From: Felis catus | Lineage: Eukaryota | Assembly: GCF_018350175.1 (NCBI RefSeq) | Contig: NC_058368.1 | Coordinates: 164,984,001-165,048,000 of the forward strand | Length of the DNA stretch: 64,000 bases | Direction of reading: 5' to 3' | In this document: in pieces, positions 1 to 12,929 of the stretch | How positions within the stretch are numbered: the first letter of the stretch is position 1 | Layout of the letters: each line of letters starts with the position of its first letter | Translations under genes and position numbers: made by a program | Notes under the pieces: generated by a model | Told to the model about the DNA's origin: nothing | What the model saw: only the letters and a program-made list of their open reading frames with translations | The model's database searches: none

Positions 1-19
1 CAGAAGATAATGAGTTAAA

Positions 20-500
20 ACAATGATCTTCCTAATATAGCTCCCTTATTTGTGGGACAGGAATTCTGGCTGGACTTGATGAGTGAGTCTTCTGTTCTAT
101 GCGGTGTCAAAAGGAGTCACTTGGTGGTACTCAGCTGGCAGGCAGGCTAGTCTGGAGGGTACATGATGGCCTCAGTCACATGTCTGGGGTGTTTGCAGGG
201 ATGTAGCTGGAGGGCTTGTCTCAGCTCGTGCTATTGACTTAACTGCCTGCAGTAGACTTTAGCATGGTGGTGTTAAAAATTCAGACTTCTTAGATGGGGG
301 ATCTGGATACCAAGGGCAAGTATATTAACAAACACATGAGAAATTGCAAGGCCTTTTGAAGTGCAGTATTGAAATTCTCATGGTATTCTTCCATTATAAT
401 CTCTTGGTTGATACAGTCACAAGCTCATCCAGATTCAGAACAAGGGCATATTCTATAGGAAGAGCATCAGAGGATTTATAATCATAGTTTAAAACTCATA
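20..500 (-). mobile_element. MaLR solo LTR, MLT1F/G/H-like, diverged
   Basis: Motifs such as 'tgtgggacaggaatt', 'ctcagctggcaggcaggctagtctggaggg', 'gtcacaagctcatccagattca' resemble the reverse strand of old MLT1 LTRs (recalled consensus). Confidence 0.65.
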
Positions 501-1190
501 TGATTGCATTTGGGGGGACACTCTTATATCTGGGAAATTATCTATTCCTAATAAAAATACTGTTTCACTTAAACCAGAATCTGTGTAACATCTGTGTTAT
601 GTAGTGAAAAATAAAAATAAGTGGAACTTTCTTCAACTATTTCAGTTTTTTTATTTAGTTTTGAGAGAGACATATATATCATCATATAACTTTTATATTA
701 GAAATTTCTTTCGAAATAAACTATTAAAATACAAGTACTGTTTTGTCATTGTAGATAGTGGTTTTTACTATCTGTTTTGAGAGTCACTTGTATGTTATAT
801 GAACCGATAACTAATATTATAGATGAAAATAATTTTTTTCTATAACACTGTAAGTTTACTTGATCTTCATCTTAAGGGGAACAGTAAGAATTAATGTACA
901 TGGCACAAGAAGTAGGGCTTTTAGTTTCTTGGAGAAAAGTAAGTTTGACAATATTACAGCATATAAATTACAAAAAAGTTGAATGAATATCACCAGTGAT
1001 TCCCAAAGCAGCAGAAGTGTGCAGAAGTTCTGATTGGGATCTCACATTCTATCATTTTCTAAACACTTTGAAGTGAAATTGCCCTTTGCTTTGGGTTGCT
1101 CAGATCCTCCCCTCTCCCCCACTCCCAGAGAGTATCCTAAGCTTGTTAACAGAAAATAAATTTGTTGGATACCAATAAGAAAAAGGCAAG

Positions 1191-1430
1191 GAGGACATCT
1201 GGGTGGTTCATTTGGTTAAGTTTCCAACTCTTGGTTTCAGCTCAGGTCATGATCTCATGGCTTCATGGGTTGGAGCCCCCACACTGGGCTCTGTGCTGGT
1301 GATGTGAAGCCTGCTTGGGATTCTCTCTTTCCCCCTTTTCATCTCCCTCTTTCTCTGCCCCTCCCCTACTTGTGCTCTCTCTCTCAAAATAAATAAATAT
1401 ATAAATACTTAAAAAAAAAAAGAAAAGAAA
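1191..1430 (+). mobile_element. CanSINE (SINEC) full length
   Basis: tRNA-like head, (CT)n, AATAAA, A-tail; near-TSD aagaaaa(g)aggcaagga on both sides. Confidence 0.95.
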
Positions 1431-1539
1431 AGAGGCAAGGAATTCACAGTCCACCAATAACATGGTTGTTTACTAATACAAAACTATTCTTGGTTAACTC
1501 CATTCTGAAACACAGCAGAAAACAACCACACTAAAAAAC

Positions 1540-1578
1540 AAACACATACACACAGACACACAGACACACACACACACA
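1540..1578. repeat. imperfect (CA)n microsatellite
   Basis: Direct reading. Confidence 0.85.
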
Positions 1579-1708
1579 GTAACACATGAGGATATTAATC
1601 TCTACAGTTGTAAAATGAACTAGCATTGAATAATTTCAAGTTTGCATTTTTAATTAGGGTCAAGAAAAAATCTGGTGAAATACTCAAGTGGCTTAACTTT
1701 TTGTTCTT

Positions 1709-1896
1709 TGCAAACTGGTACAGCCACTCTGGAAAACAGTGTGGATGTTCCTCAAAAAATTAAAAATAGAACTACCCTATGACCCAGCAGTTGCATCACT
1801 AGGAATTTATCCAAAGGATACAAAAATGTTGATCTGAAGGGGAACATGCACCCCAGTGTTTACAGCAGCAATATCAACAACAGCCAAATTATGGAA
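1709..1896 (+). mobile_element. carnivore L1 ORF2 C-terminal fragment
   Basis: Translates CKLVQPLWKTVWMFLKKLKIELPYDPAVASLGIYPKD..., the typical L1 ORF2 C-terminal segment, with an in-frame stop. Confidence 0.92.
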
Positions 1897-3114
1897 TATA
1901 AACCATATATAATAAGTATAAATAAATATACCAGATAAATAAAATACACAATATAAAATAAGTATGATATCAGTGGCATATATAAGAAAGAGGTATCATG
2001 CATACATGTTGGCCTGCATGTCTGCACACACCAAATTTTCTATATCCATCTCCAAGGTTTGGAATGAGAATATTCTCCTATGCCTTCTTTTAATATCCCT
2101 ATTTTTTTTCCATTACAGTACAAACTGTTGATAGCTCTTAATATAGTATATATTCAATTGAATGTCTATTTACATAAGCAACAAAAATATGTTTTCATAT
2201 AATGATGTTATACAATTATAATCATATAGCATAATGTATGTAGAGTTGAGGTTAAGACTATAAAAAAAAATTCTTATTGTGATAGGGTATTCAAATACTG
2301 GCAACCATGTACTACAGGCCAAAAGTGGTAAATGTCACTTCCTGTGGATTACACTCAATATGTGAATAGTTATAAATGGTTAGCATTATATCTTAGAACT
2401 AGAAGCAAGTGGCAAGATCATCTAATCCAGTACCTTATTTTCGTCAAAGTAGATATGTGCTAAGAATATCTCACTATTCTACAGTTTTAAATTACCTGGA
2501 CCCTGTAGGCCTGTATTTTTGCCAGTAGGTAATAATGTTTAGATGAATATCATATCATTAATATTTATCATAAATTTGAAAGCATTTTTCTGAATTGGAA
2601 AAAGTAAGTCAAAACCAAACCAATTGTATCAACAAGAACAAAGTATCTTTGATATTAGGAAACAGTTAACAAGCTATGCACTAAATACTCAAAGATTTTT
2701 TCCTAGAATGGAAAAATAAAAATTTAGGTTCTTTTTAAATAAAAGACATTTGTATTATAGTATAAAATGTTATCACATTACTGACAGACATGAAAAATTA
2801 AAATTGGAAGTTACCTTTCAGGAAAAATATATAAAACCAGGTCATCTTGAGTATTTATAGATTTATTATATGCATTTTGTTTTTCCGTAGTTTTAAAAAT
2901 GGCAGATACATTATCATTATATTTAGTAGCTTAGGAAATAAAATTTGTACCTATGATTTTGTTCATTTTATAGATCTCACCTATATTAAGCAGGAATTGT
3001 TACCTTACTTTATAATCAATTTTATATAATATTTAAAATATTTAAAACCATTCAAGATATAAGGCAATGGAATATTAACAGAACACAAACTTTCTTCTCT
3101 ATCTATTCTATGCA

Positions 3115-3265
3115 GACAAACCCAAATTTGAATCTTAATTCTCCCATAGATAGTGGTATTGGACAATCTACTTAACTTCCTTGACCTTCAGTTTCCATCT
3201 CTTTAGAAAGTAGATAATAATAGAAAACACTTTAAAAAGTTGTTATAAGGATTCAGTGAGTGCAT
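3115..3265 (+). mobile_element. MIR SINE fragment
   Basis: Core-like 'ggacaatctacttaacttccttgaccttcagtttcc...ataataatag...gttgttataaggatt'. Confidence 0.7.
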
Positions 3266-4107
3266 ATGATTGCAAATGAATATACACTTATGCCATCTAA
3301 TATGAGACAAAATAACTCAGCTCTGAGAGTCAGAAATGGCTGGACCATGTCTCTGGAGGGATCTATTGCAACAACTTAGCTAACATTATTATAATCTATC
3401 AGGAACCATGAGTGCCCTTGAATTCTAATTCTTTTTTGTAGCTAATCAAAGTTGGGTGGGGGGGAATGAAACCTCATGACTGCAATTAGTAAGTGACAGT
3501 AAATAATTCAGCTCAGCAAAGATGTCAGGGTATATTGGGGGTAAAAAAAGTGAAACGGGTATTCTTAAGTCTCTTAAAATAGGATTGCAATGAGCAGGAT
3601 ACTAGTGAGAGAGGATTAGTAGATTTCCCTCCCCCAGTCACAGATTTGCTTTCTTCCATCACCTCCCATCACCCATCCTCCAAAATACAATTAATTTAAC
3701 TATTTATATTTTTGGAGTTTTAACTCTTCATTTGCTTTTAGTATGACATAGTTTCTCACAAATGAGATTTTTGATATTAATCATATATACAGTACCTGTG
3801 TTTCTCAGATCAAGAGGAGGAAATAGGTGGTCCTATAATAATTTCAGTTCATATAAGCCAAAATATTAAGTGTCAGACTGTCAGAAAAAAAGCTGACTTT
3901 TTTCTGAGATTACAAAGGACAGAGAACCTGGGACTGGATGAGATTAAAATAATGCTGCCATACCAGTCATCTTGACAATTCTCAATTCCCACAATTCTGG
4001 TTTCCTAGGAGAAACTGATAGAAATAGCTAATCAAACCATCATAGCACCACCATGGTTCAGAAAGGAAACCTCTAACTCAGTAGATGAATGAGAATAGGA
4101 GATGTCT

Positions 4108-4315
4108 GGGGGTGCCTGGGTGGGTCAGTCAGTTAAGCATCAGACTTTGGCTCAGGTCATGATCTTGTGGTTTGTGGGTTTGAGCCCCACATTGGGACTC
4201 AATTGCTGTCAGCTCAGAGCCTGCTTTGAATCTTCTGTCTGTCTCATTTTCTCTGTCCTTCCCCACTCGTGCTCTCTCTGGTTCAAAAATAAATAAACAT
4301 TAAAAAAAAAAAAAG
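4108..4315 (+). mobile_element. CanSINE (SINEC)
   Basis: GGGGTGCCTGGGTGG head, CT-rich region, AATAAA plus poly(A). Confidence 0.95.
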
Positions 4316-4458
4316 AAAGGATGTATCTGTGAATAGGAAGGACTGTGTTAGAAATACTGTCTGAAGCTTGGAAATAGGTAGAAGATATTACTCGGTGTTC
4401 TTTCAGCATGGCTCTGAGTTAAACCTTTGATTTATTTTATATCGACTAGGCTACTTTT

Positions 4459-4691
4459 TTTTTATTTTTTTTAATTTTTTTTTTCAACGTTTATTTAATT
4501 TTGGGACAGAGAGAGACAGAGCATGAACGGGGGAGGGGCAGAGAGAGAGGGAGACACAGAATCGGAAACAGGCTCCAGGTTCTGAGCCATCAGCCCAGAG
4601 CCTGACGCGGGGCTCGAGCTCACGGACTGCGAGATCGTGACCTGGCTGGCGGAAGTCGGACGCTTAACCGACTGCGCCACCCAGGCGCCCC
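4459..4691 (-). mobile_element. young felid SINEC (SINEC_Fc-type)
   Basis: CpG-intact; TSD ctaggctactttt at 4446-4458 and 4695-4707. Confidence 0.97.
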
Positions 4692-6402
4692 TGGCTAGGC
4701 TACTTTTCAACTGTGTAGAAGTAGAGTTTAACGTGTAGAATTTTGTCTGGGAAAGATACAAATAGTTTATTTTGGCAGAAAAGACAACCCCAAATGTAGG
4801 ATATTAAGCAGTTTTGTATATAACCCAACAATTATATACTAGCTTTCCTTTATTAAATCACCCATAAATAACCAGTTTCTTAAAAGTTCTTTGAACTTTT
4901 TTAATTGCTTACTTGGTTTCTTATTAATGAGTTGAATAAAACCTTTTACACATGTTCATGTTGTATTCACATGACAATTACAATGTTATTTTTTTGAAAA
5001 TTACACTTTATGTTCCTCTTGGCAAAGGACTAAAAAGATCAAAGCAGACAAATGTTAGAGAACTAACACTATTTATCATATGAGTATTCAAGGAGAAAGA
5101 GTTCCTACTTGTTAATCAGCTCCTGGATGCTCCATTATTGTGAAGATTCCAGGTTATTGTCAAACAGGAAAATTGGAAGAAGCAAGAGGGGATAAATTGG
5201 TGCACATTAAAAAAGCGGAGCCAGGTAGCTGACAGGTGAGATAATAGAAAGCCTCATCAGCTACATTCCAGGGAGAGGGTATTTCTTTCTATATTGGAAT
5301 TGAGGAGACTTCGGCGTAGTTATGATAAAACAGAAATTATAAAGATTGACATCAATAGCCAAAAGACACTATTAGGGGATTGTGTTGTGCTTAGTGAAAA
5401 TACCTTTAAAAAAAATTGTGTGTGTGTGTGCAAAACTAACCACAGAGAGATATTATGTGGGTTTTACTTTCTATTATTTCTTTGAAAATGTTAAAGCAAC
5501 TTCTTAGGCAGAATATATTTGAGTATGCATCCAAAGTTGTATAAATTTCCTTGGGAAATATGCTTCTGGGAATGCCATTCAAATATTTACATTTGATAGA
5601 GTATTTTATAGGGAGAAAAAAGTAACTAGATTACATTGTTAACATACGTATAAGAAGGGAAGACTTTGCTAAAGATTATTAGGGTAGTAATTAGACTGGT
5701 TAAAGTATCTTGCCGATTTAACCATCTGGTTTGAGGTAGTCGGCTGGTTATAAGCATGATAGCTGTCTAGGTTGTACTCTAACATTTTGGAAGTTTCTCT
5801 CCAACACATCTAACAATGAAGTTGGCCCCAAATTACCTTCCAGAAAATCACTCAGATATACTTTTTTCAAAGTTGATTGTTAATATGATATTGGCCTTTT
5901 CTCAGGTTTGGAACAAAAAAATTCTTTAATACGATTACTTAGCTGGGTTTCGTATGTGTTAAATGTAGGTAAAATGCCTGGTACACTTCCTGATAATGCA
6001 CATTAAAGAAAGAAAAAAGGAAAGAAAAAAAAGGCTTAGTTCTTCCCTAAGAACCAAACATAAGTACTAAGAATGACATTAAATGAATACAAACAACCAT
6101 AAAATTCTGAAATTCCAAGCAAAACTTTAAAAAACATGTAACACATATACATACACATCTTACAATCTTTGCTTTCATCATTAATTCTAAAGTTAAATGA
6201 ACAGCTATTGGATGAGAAATAATTTTTAAAATTTCTCTAAGTGTTTCAGGGGCACCCTGTCCAGTAGGCAGTATTTGTTTCCTGGAGCAACAGTATCTGA
6301 GATGCTTTTCCTAAAATGATCCCTACTATGTTGTATGTGAAATGCCCTCCATGCCTTCTTCACTGTTTCTCAACTCCCAAATTCTATTTTAACACCTATT
6401 TT

Positions 6403-6448
6403 GTTTTTTTAAGTTTTTATTTAAATTCTAGTTAGTTAACATGTAATG
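6403..6448 (-). mobile_element. extremely 5'-truncated carnivore L1 3' end (46 bp)
   Basis: T-run plus aagtttttatttaaattctagttagttaacat (recalled carnivore L1 3' terminus), flanked by perfect 12-bp TSD aacacctatttt. Confidence 0.8.
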
Positions 6449-6538
6449 AACACCTATTTTAAATGCTGCTTCCATTAAGTGCTCCCTTATTCTCCAGCCT
6501 AAAGCATTTCTACCTCTTTTGATGTAGCTAGCACTTTT

Positions 6539-6702
6539 TTTTTTAATTTTTTTTTAACGTTTATTTATTTTTGAGACAGAGAGAGACAAAGCATGAACGG
6601 GGGAGGGTCAGAGAGAGGGAGATACAGAATCTGAAACAGGCTCCAGGCTCTGAGCTGTCAGCACAGAGCCCGATGCGGGGCTCGAACTCACGGACCGTGA
6701 GA
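6539..6702 (-). mobile_element. 5'-truncated felid SINEC
   Basis: SINE body stops at gtgaga; TSD tagcactttt at 6529-6538 and 6703-6712. Confidence 0.95.
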
Positions 6703-7919
6703 TAGCACTTTTAATATTTTTCTTAAACTAAGCATCACTTGCTACCGTGTATTAAGTGCATTTGTATCTTTCCTTCCCTATTGAACCATAACCTCCTTTA
6801 TTCAAGAGCATTTCATTCTCTAAACAATTGCATTTTAATTTTGCTCTGTTGCTTGAATCAATACTTTACATCCATGTGGCATAATTAAGATTTTTGCAGA
6901 ACATGACAAGCAATCAGGCGTCCTCTGTACTCAGCTAAGGATGATTTGTGATGTTGGTCATCTGTCTTCTCCCCACAAGTGGAAATTGTAGCTATATCTG
7001 TTCTTCTTTCTCATTACAGGAGAATATAGCCCCAGAAAGCTGACGGTGACAGTAGAAGAATGGTAGCAGTTGGGTGTTGCTGCAGTCCTGAAAATTCTTG
7101 ATAGGATCTCCTTCCCCACAGGTCAAAGGACTGGAAGGTAATTCCCTTTTACAATCACAAACCCCTAAAGCAACCACAGCTTTTCAAGCAAGCAGCAGTA
7201 TTTTTTTCTTGCTGACAGATATCCTCTGCATGGAGTTTCTAGCACTTGGGCCAGAAACACTATCTATGCCTCATTACCATTTAAATAGGCTGATCAATGA
7301 GAATTAGCATGCAATTTGAATTACAACACCCACCTCTTGCTTCTTAGAGCCCGGGTGTTCCAGCCTCTTTAACTAGCTGCTACTTTTTCCAGTGAGGATT
7401 CCTCCTTCTCTTCAAATCTGAAAACAGGTGTATGCCTGTGCTTAGTGTAAGAACTTAAATGGAGGGATTGATCTCTGGTTCTGCCTGTTCTTCATCTGTA
7501 AAACTTACTGTCCTGTTAAAACACCAAATATGCAATAGCGGCCCCCTCAGCCAACTCCTACAATGAATACTCTGATTCAATGTCACCCTTAGTTTTAAGT
7601 CTATAATCTTATTACACCAATTTAACCAATAAATAATGTTATCATTTTGGGTCAGTGGACACACTATCTTGGTCAGGGATTCAAGGACTGTGACGGCTAC
7701 TCAATAGCCGTAGTAAACTTGGACAAATAAATAGAAAGATGAAAAAAGAAGAAAAGAAATAAAAGCCATTTAATTCACCACATGAACACTTCATCTTTCC
7801 TGTCTTGCCTATGTCATAAAACTTTATGAAAATTAATTATGCAGAATATGTGTAAAAAACTTTATACATATTACAATACCATGCAAACATATAGTTATAT
7901 TGTCATTACTCTGTATACA

Positions 7920-8040
7920 CAGATATATTGCGTATAATATAGATATTGAAATATATATTTATTTATATATTATATAAAATTTATATTATTACATATAACA
8001 TATAGTTATATATATTATACTATATATTATAAATATAATT
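7920..8040. repeat. TA-rich low-complexity tract
   Basis: Direct reading. Confidence 0.8.
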
Positions 8041-8499
8041 AACTCTTATGATAGTATTATTTTATAATTTGGCACACCTTATTATATTCATTTATATTGG
8101 CAACCATTTCAACATACTTTCCTGTATATAGTTAAGATAGTAAAGAAGTGTTTACTTGTATCCAGTTATGATTGCCAGTCATTGATACGTACTCTGGAAT
8201 GATAAGCAATTTCCAGGTGAAAGCTCACAGATTATTAAAAGTTAAGATGATATAAAATTCTCTCCTGCATACTAACCAGTAATTCTTCTGGACTTCAGGT
8301 AACTTTCCTACTCTAGAGATTCATAATTTTGATTCAGTTGGAAAAAGAATGATAGTACTATGCAGTGGACATAATTCTCTTGGGTCTGGGACTCATAAAA
8401 TATTTCTGGATCTACATACCAATGTTATATTTTTCATTCCTTCATACTATACCATCTATTTGCATTTAAAAGTGCAATTTATTGTTGAATTTTCTCTCT

Positions 8500-8627
8500 T
8501 CCCCACATATTTCAAGTCTCCTTGAGGTCATAGACTTTATCTCTCTCATTTGTTACTCTATGTTCAATACTATCATAGTCCCTGAATCCCAGTTACCATT
8601 AAGTACATATGTGTTGAATGAATGAAT
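8500..8627 (+). mobile_element. L2 3' end
   Basis: 'ctccttgagg..gactttatct...' ending in gttgaatgaatgaat, the characteristic L2 tail. Confidence 0.75.
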
Positions 8628-9034
8628 AGTGGCGGCCCCAAGTGGTAACTTGAGTGGGCTTTAATTCCCTATTGAACCCTATGGCTATCCTGGCTACCCA
8701 AAATAAACATACAATAGACATAAAATCCAAGGTTGCTTTAAAAGTACACTCTCAGGAAAGTTCTATAGCCTACTTTCCTCTCTATATTACTACCTGTAAA
8801 CACTTTCTATATAGAAACAAATAAATAAATACCTACATAAAAGCAGCATGGCCAGGAGACAAAGTACAGAGGATTCTAATGATGCCCCAAAATGGCATAA
8901 TGTTCTCTACAGGCATTTAATAATGATGGAGCATTAGAACCTATAGATCTCTTATTTAGAAATATATAGGCTAAGACCCTAATCCTTAAGTATACTTATC
9001 TCTGGGGTTTAATTTTTTATTCTTTTTATTGTTT

Positions 9035-9217
9035 TAAAAAATGTGTATTTATTTGTTTTGGGAGAGAGAGTATGTGTGAGCAAGGAAGGGACTGAGAGAA
9101 AGGGAGAGAGGGACATTCAGTGAAGAGCCCAATGCAGAGCTCAATCTCACCACGACAAGATTATGACCTTAGCCAAAATCAAGAGTTGGACACTTAACTG
9201 AGCCACCCAGATGCCCT
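9035..9217 (-). mobile_element. CanSINE (older)
   Basis: Reverse SINE: tatttattt, (GA)n, ...actgagccacccagatgccc. Confidence 0.9.
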
Positions 9218-9532
9218 TAACTTTGTTTTTTATTTTTAAAGAATTATAGACTAACAGGAAGTATGTATGAGTTTATAATGTAAAGCCATGTTGCCATCAA
9301 ATACTTTATTTTTATATTTCTCTTCTCATTAAGTAAACCATATACTTTTTAGCCTCTGTAATAATCCTGTGTTTCCAAGGATTTGAGATAACAGTTTATG
9401 GAATCACTCAAGGAAGCAAGAAAACAGCAACAACAAAAACTATAAGAAATGAGGAAAATACCTCTATATTTTTCTATTAAAACTTGTTTTGTTTTGATGA
9501 TATAGCCAATGTGTGTAACTAAATAAGACTAT

Positions 9533-9745
9533 GGGAGCCCCTGGGTAGTAGCTCAGTTGGTTAAGTGTAGGATTCTTGATTTTGGCTCAAGTCATGATCT
9601 CACTGTTTGTAGGAAGGAACCCTGTGTCAGGCTCTGCACTGACAGTGTGGAGCCTGCTTGAGATTCTGTCTCCCTCTCTCTCTTCCCCTGCCCTGCTTGC
9701 ACGTGGGCTCTTTCTTTCTCTCCAAATAAATAAATAAATGCTGAA
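9533..9745 (+). mobile_element. CanSINE
   Basis: Head, CT region, (AAAT)n tail; gactatg on both flanks. Confidence 0.92.
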
Positions 9746-9989
9746 AAGAGGACTATGAGTTGCTTTTCTAACTTTATTCATTATTTCCTATATACTCCAA
9801 ATTATTGTTATTTTTGTATATTATTTATTTATATATTATGTATATATTATGTATATATTATTGTATACATTTTCTATATACTCTAAATTATTTAGTATTT
9901 CCCATATGTGTCCCAAGTACCTGCCATAGTTCTATACTCAGGAGGAAATCATTGTCTAGAGTTTCCTTCTTGTTCTTCAGAATTTTCTT

Positions 9990-10188
9990 TTATTTTCCCT
10001 TTTTTTTCCTTTAGAGAGAGAGTGTGTGTGTGAGTGGAGGCGAGGGGCAGAGGGAGAGAGAGAATCCCAAGCAGCCTTCACGCTCAGCATGAAACCCAAC
10101 TCGGGACTTGATCTCATGACCCTGGGATCATGATCTGAGCCAAAATCAGGAGTTGGCCACTCAACTGACTTAGCCATCCAGGCGCCCC
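9990..10188 (-). mobile_element. CanSINE
   Basis: Reverse SINE ending ggcgcccc; near-TSD cagaatt(t/g)tctt. Confidence 0.93.
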
Positions 10189-10217
10189 CAGAATTGTCTT
10201 GTAAATCATATCTAAAC

Positions 10218-10504
10218 TATTAAAGATTAACTGAGGGATTTAAAAAATTAAGAGTTATTTGAGCAAAAATTAATTTGAATCCAAAAGCACCAAACCAGAA
10301 GTGGTTAGGATGTTCTACCTAACCACTGTAGTTGACTGTTGACTGTAGTTTACAGCCTAGTTGACTATGATTGACTGTCCTTAAGTTTCAATTTGTAACC
10401 TTCAAACATTAACATACAGTCTTAGATTTTGGTTTCCTTCCATAGGCCATCACACCTTCAGGACTGCCCTAGTCCAATAGCTTAGTAGTTTAATTAACTT
10501 AACA
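10218..10504 (-). mobile_element. probable ERV1-class solo LTR remnant
   Basis: Ends ...ttaattaacttaaca (TGTTAAG on the minus strand); resembles laurasiatherian ERV1 LTRs; family not certain. Confidence 0.45.
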
Positions 10505-10857
10505 AACCTTAGAAAACTCATTGAAGCATCATCTGTTCAGTGTGGCCTTCTCTAATCCTATCAGCTAGATGAACTCCCTTAGTCTTCTGAATCACCCCTT
10601 TTATGAATACTACTCTTCTGGGGGCTTAGATTACTTTAGGTCTCATATAGGACTTATTTATAAATATTATCATCTTCCTTTTTGGACCATTATCTCTCTG
10701 AGGGGAAGATGCAGTGTTAGACACTTGCATATTTCCTATGTTCTAGTTGACAGTTAGTATTTTTTAAAGAGTTAATGAGAATATAAATGTATGTCCCAAA
10801 ATATCTAATTTTGTTTCCCAACCTTCATATTAACCAATGGTTAACTTTAGCGTTGAC

Positions 10858-10874
10858 GGGGGGGGGGGGGGGGG
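10858..10874. repeat. G17 homopolymer followed by GA-rich tract
   Basis: Direct reading. Confidence 0.9.
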
Positions 10875-12043
10875 TGGGAGAGGAATGGAAGGGAAGGGAG
10901 AGAGATTGAGAGAGTGATAATCTTTTATATACCTCTGACTTTGCTGAATTTAAATGTTTCATCTTGTATTGTGCTGGCAGTAAAGTTTATGCCAGCAGGT
11001 TCAAGGTTTTTAATTCTTAGAAGTAATTATTATCCTAAGGAACTAACATATATATGGTCAGAGTAGTGAGATTATTCTTCTTAGAAATTACATTTAAATT
11101 AAAGCCATTTATTATGAATGTAGCCTATATTGTGTAAGTGCTGAATATAGTACTTAGTTAGCTGGAGTTCTAACCCAATTTGTTTCTTTTCTAGCAATCA
11201 CTCTGGAAATAGCTGAATATCTGGGGACTCATTGTCTAAACCAAAAATAAAATTTGTTTTTTTAACCCAATCCTAAACCACAGTCACTATTTTTATAGTT
11301 CTTATTATCCCTATATATTTCTATAGAATGTAGGACATTTTACAGTAAATTATTAACTAATGATATCAAATAAATTATTAATCTAAAAGGTTATGAAAAA
11401 TTACCACCAATGGTGAATGTAACAACATTCAGGGAGAATAAATTCATATAGCCAAAGGTTATATTTTTCTCTTCTAAAATGTAAGCCATTTCTATACTAT
11501 TTGTATCTAAAACTAAGGAAGGATGATATTAGTAACTTACTAAGTTAAGAGTGTGATTAGAGCTCCTTTTTTTTTTTTTTTTTTTGAGGAAAATAGACTT
11601 TCTGTAATTTGGAGGGTTTACTACTAAGAGAGATCTGCTATTCTGTTATGAGGGTATGGTGTTTGATTTTCCAGAATTATTCTTTTAACTTATCATTGAG
11701 AATTTGTGAAAATTTATATAGACAGCAGTTATGCTTTAGAGATAGGTTGTGATTCATTTATAGAGCTAATATTAATTTTGAAATCGCTGGAAGAGATAGG
11801 AGAAGAATATGAAGAGATTAGTTAAAAACAAACCAAGACAATTAAATTAATAAAATAATTACCTTATTTACAAATTTTACTAAATCAGATGAAAAATTGT
11901 GAATTCTTTTTCTCCATAAGTATCTTAAAGTCTTCAGTTATTACCAAGTTAGTAATATAACTGATTTAGCAATATATCATGATGTACTCAACATTCTATG
12001 GTTGATTTTACGATGCTTTATCTTAATTTTTTTCACCTATATA

Positions 12044-12197
12044 TTTTTTAATATTTATTTATTTATTTTGAGAGAAAGAATGCGCTCCCAGTGTGGGAGG
12101 GACAGAGAGAGAGGGGAGAGAGAATATCCCATGAACCATGAGATAATGACCTGAGCCAAAGTTGAATGCTTAACCAACTGAGCCTCCCAGGTGCCCC
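12044..12197 (-). mobile_element. CanSINE with internal deletion
   Basis: (GA)n joins directly to cccatgaaccatgag; head ends ggtgcccc. Confidence 0.9.
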
Positions 12198-12905
12198 AGA
12201 GTATGTTTAGTTTTATAAGAAACTTCCAGGGTTCCCTCCAAAGTGCTGTAACATTTCACATTCCTACAAGCAATGAATGGGAGTTCCTATTGTTCCACAT
12301 CTTCACCAGCACTTAGTGTTGTCATTGTTCTGTATTTTGGCCATTCTAATAGTGTGTAGTGGTATCTTGTTTTAATGTGCATTTCACCAATGACATATGA
12401 TGTGGAGCACCTTCTCATATTCTTATTCGGCATACATATATCTTCTTTAGGTGAGGTGTCTGTTAAGGTCTTTGCCTCTTTTGTAACTGGATTGTTCACT
12501 TTCTTGTTGAGTTCTAAGAGTTCTTTGTATTTTTTGGATAACAGTCCTTTATCATATGTGTCCTCTGCAAACATTGTCTCCCACTCTGTAGGTTGTCTTC
12601 TCATTCTTTTAACAGTGTTTTTGGCAAAGCATCAGTTTTTAGTTTTAATGAAGTCTAGCTCATATATTATTTCTCACATAGATTATGCCTTTGGTGTTGT
12701 ATCTAAAAAGTCATCATCAGACCCAAGGTTACCTGGGTTTTCTCCCATGTTATCTTCTAAGAGTTTTATAGTTTTGTGTTTTACTTGTATGCCTGTGATC
12801 CATTCTGAATTAATTTTTTGAAGGGTGTAAGGTCTGTGTCTAGATTCATTTTTTTGTATGTGAATACATTTCAGCTCCACTTATTGAAAAGATTACCTTT
12901 TCTTT
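12198..12905 (-). mobile_element. L1MC-like ORF2 3' segment
   Basis: ORF-track peptides MRRQPTEWETMF... and TIKLLEDNMGENPGNLG are decayed L1 ORF2; sequence matches recalled L1MC1-type consensus. Confidence 0.9.
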
Positions 12906-12929
12906 GTTAGAAATAGAAATATTCGCCAA

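Noticed and set aside
4102..4761. ORFs with GAWVAQSVK... motifs, also at 24042-24473, 34648, 38563, 46646, 50487, 52502 and 60324
   Set aside because: All are read-throughs of CanSINE sequence; the recurring peptide reflects the repeat, not a protein family
12287..12880. ORFs of 105, 148 and 65 aa
   Set aside because: Decayed L1 ORF2 pieces and their antisense frame, not a host gene
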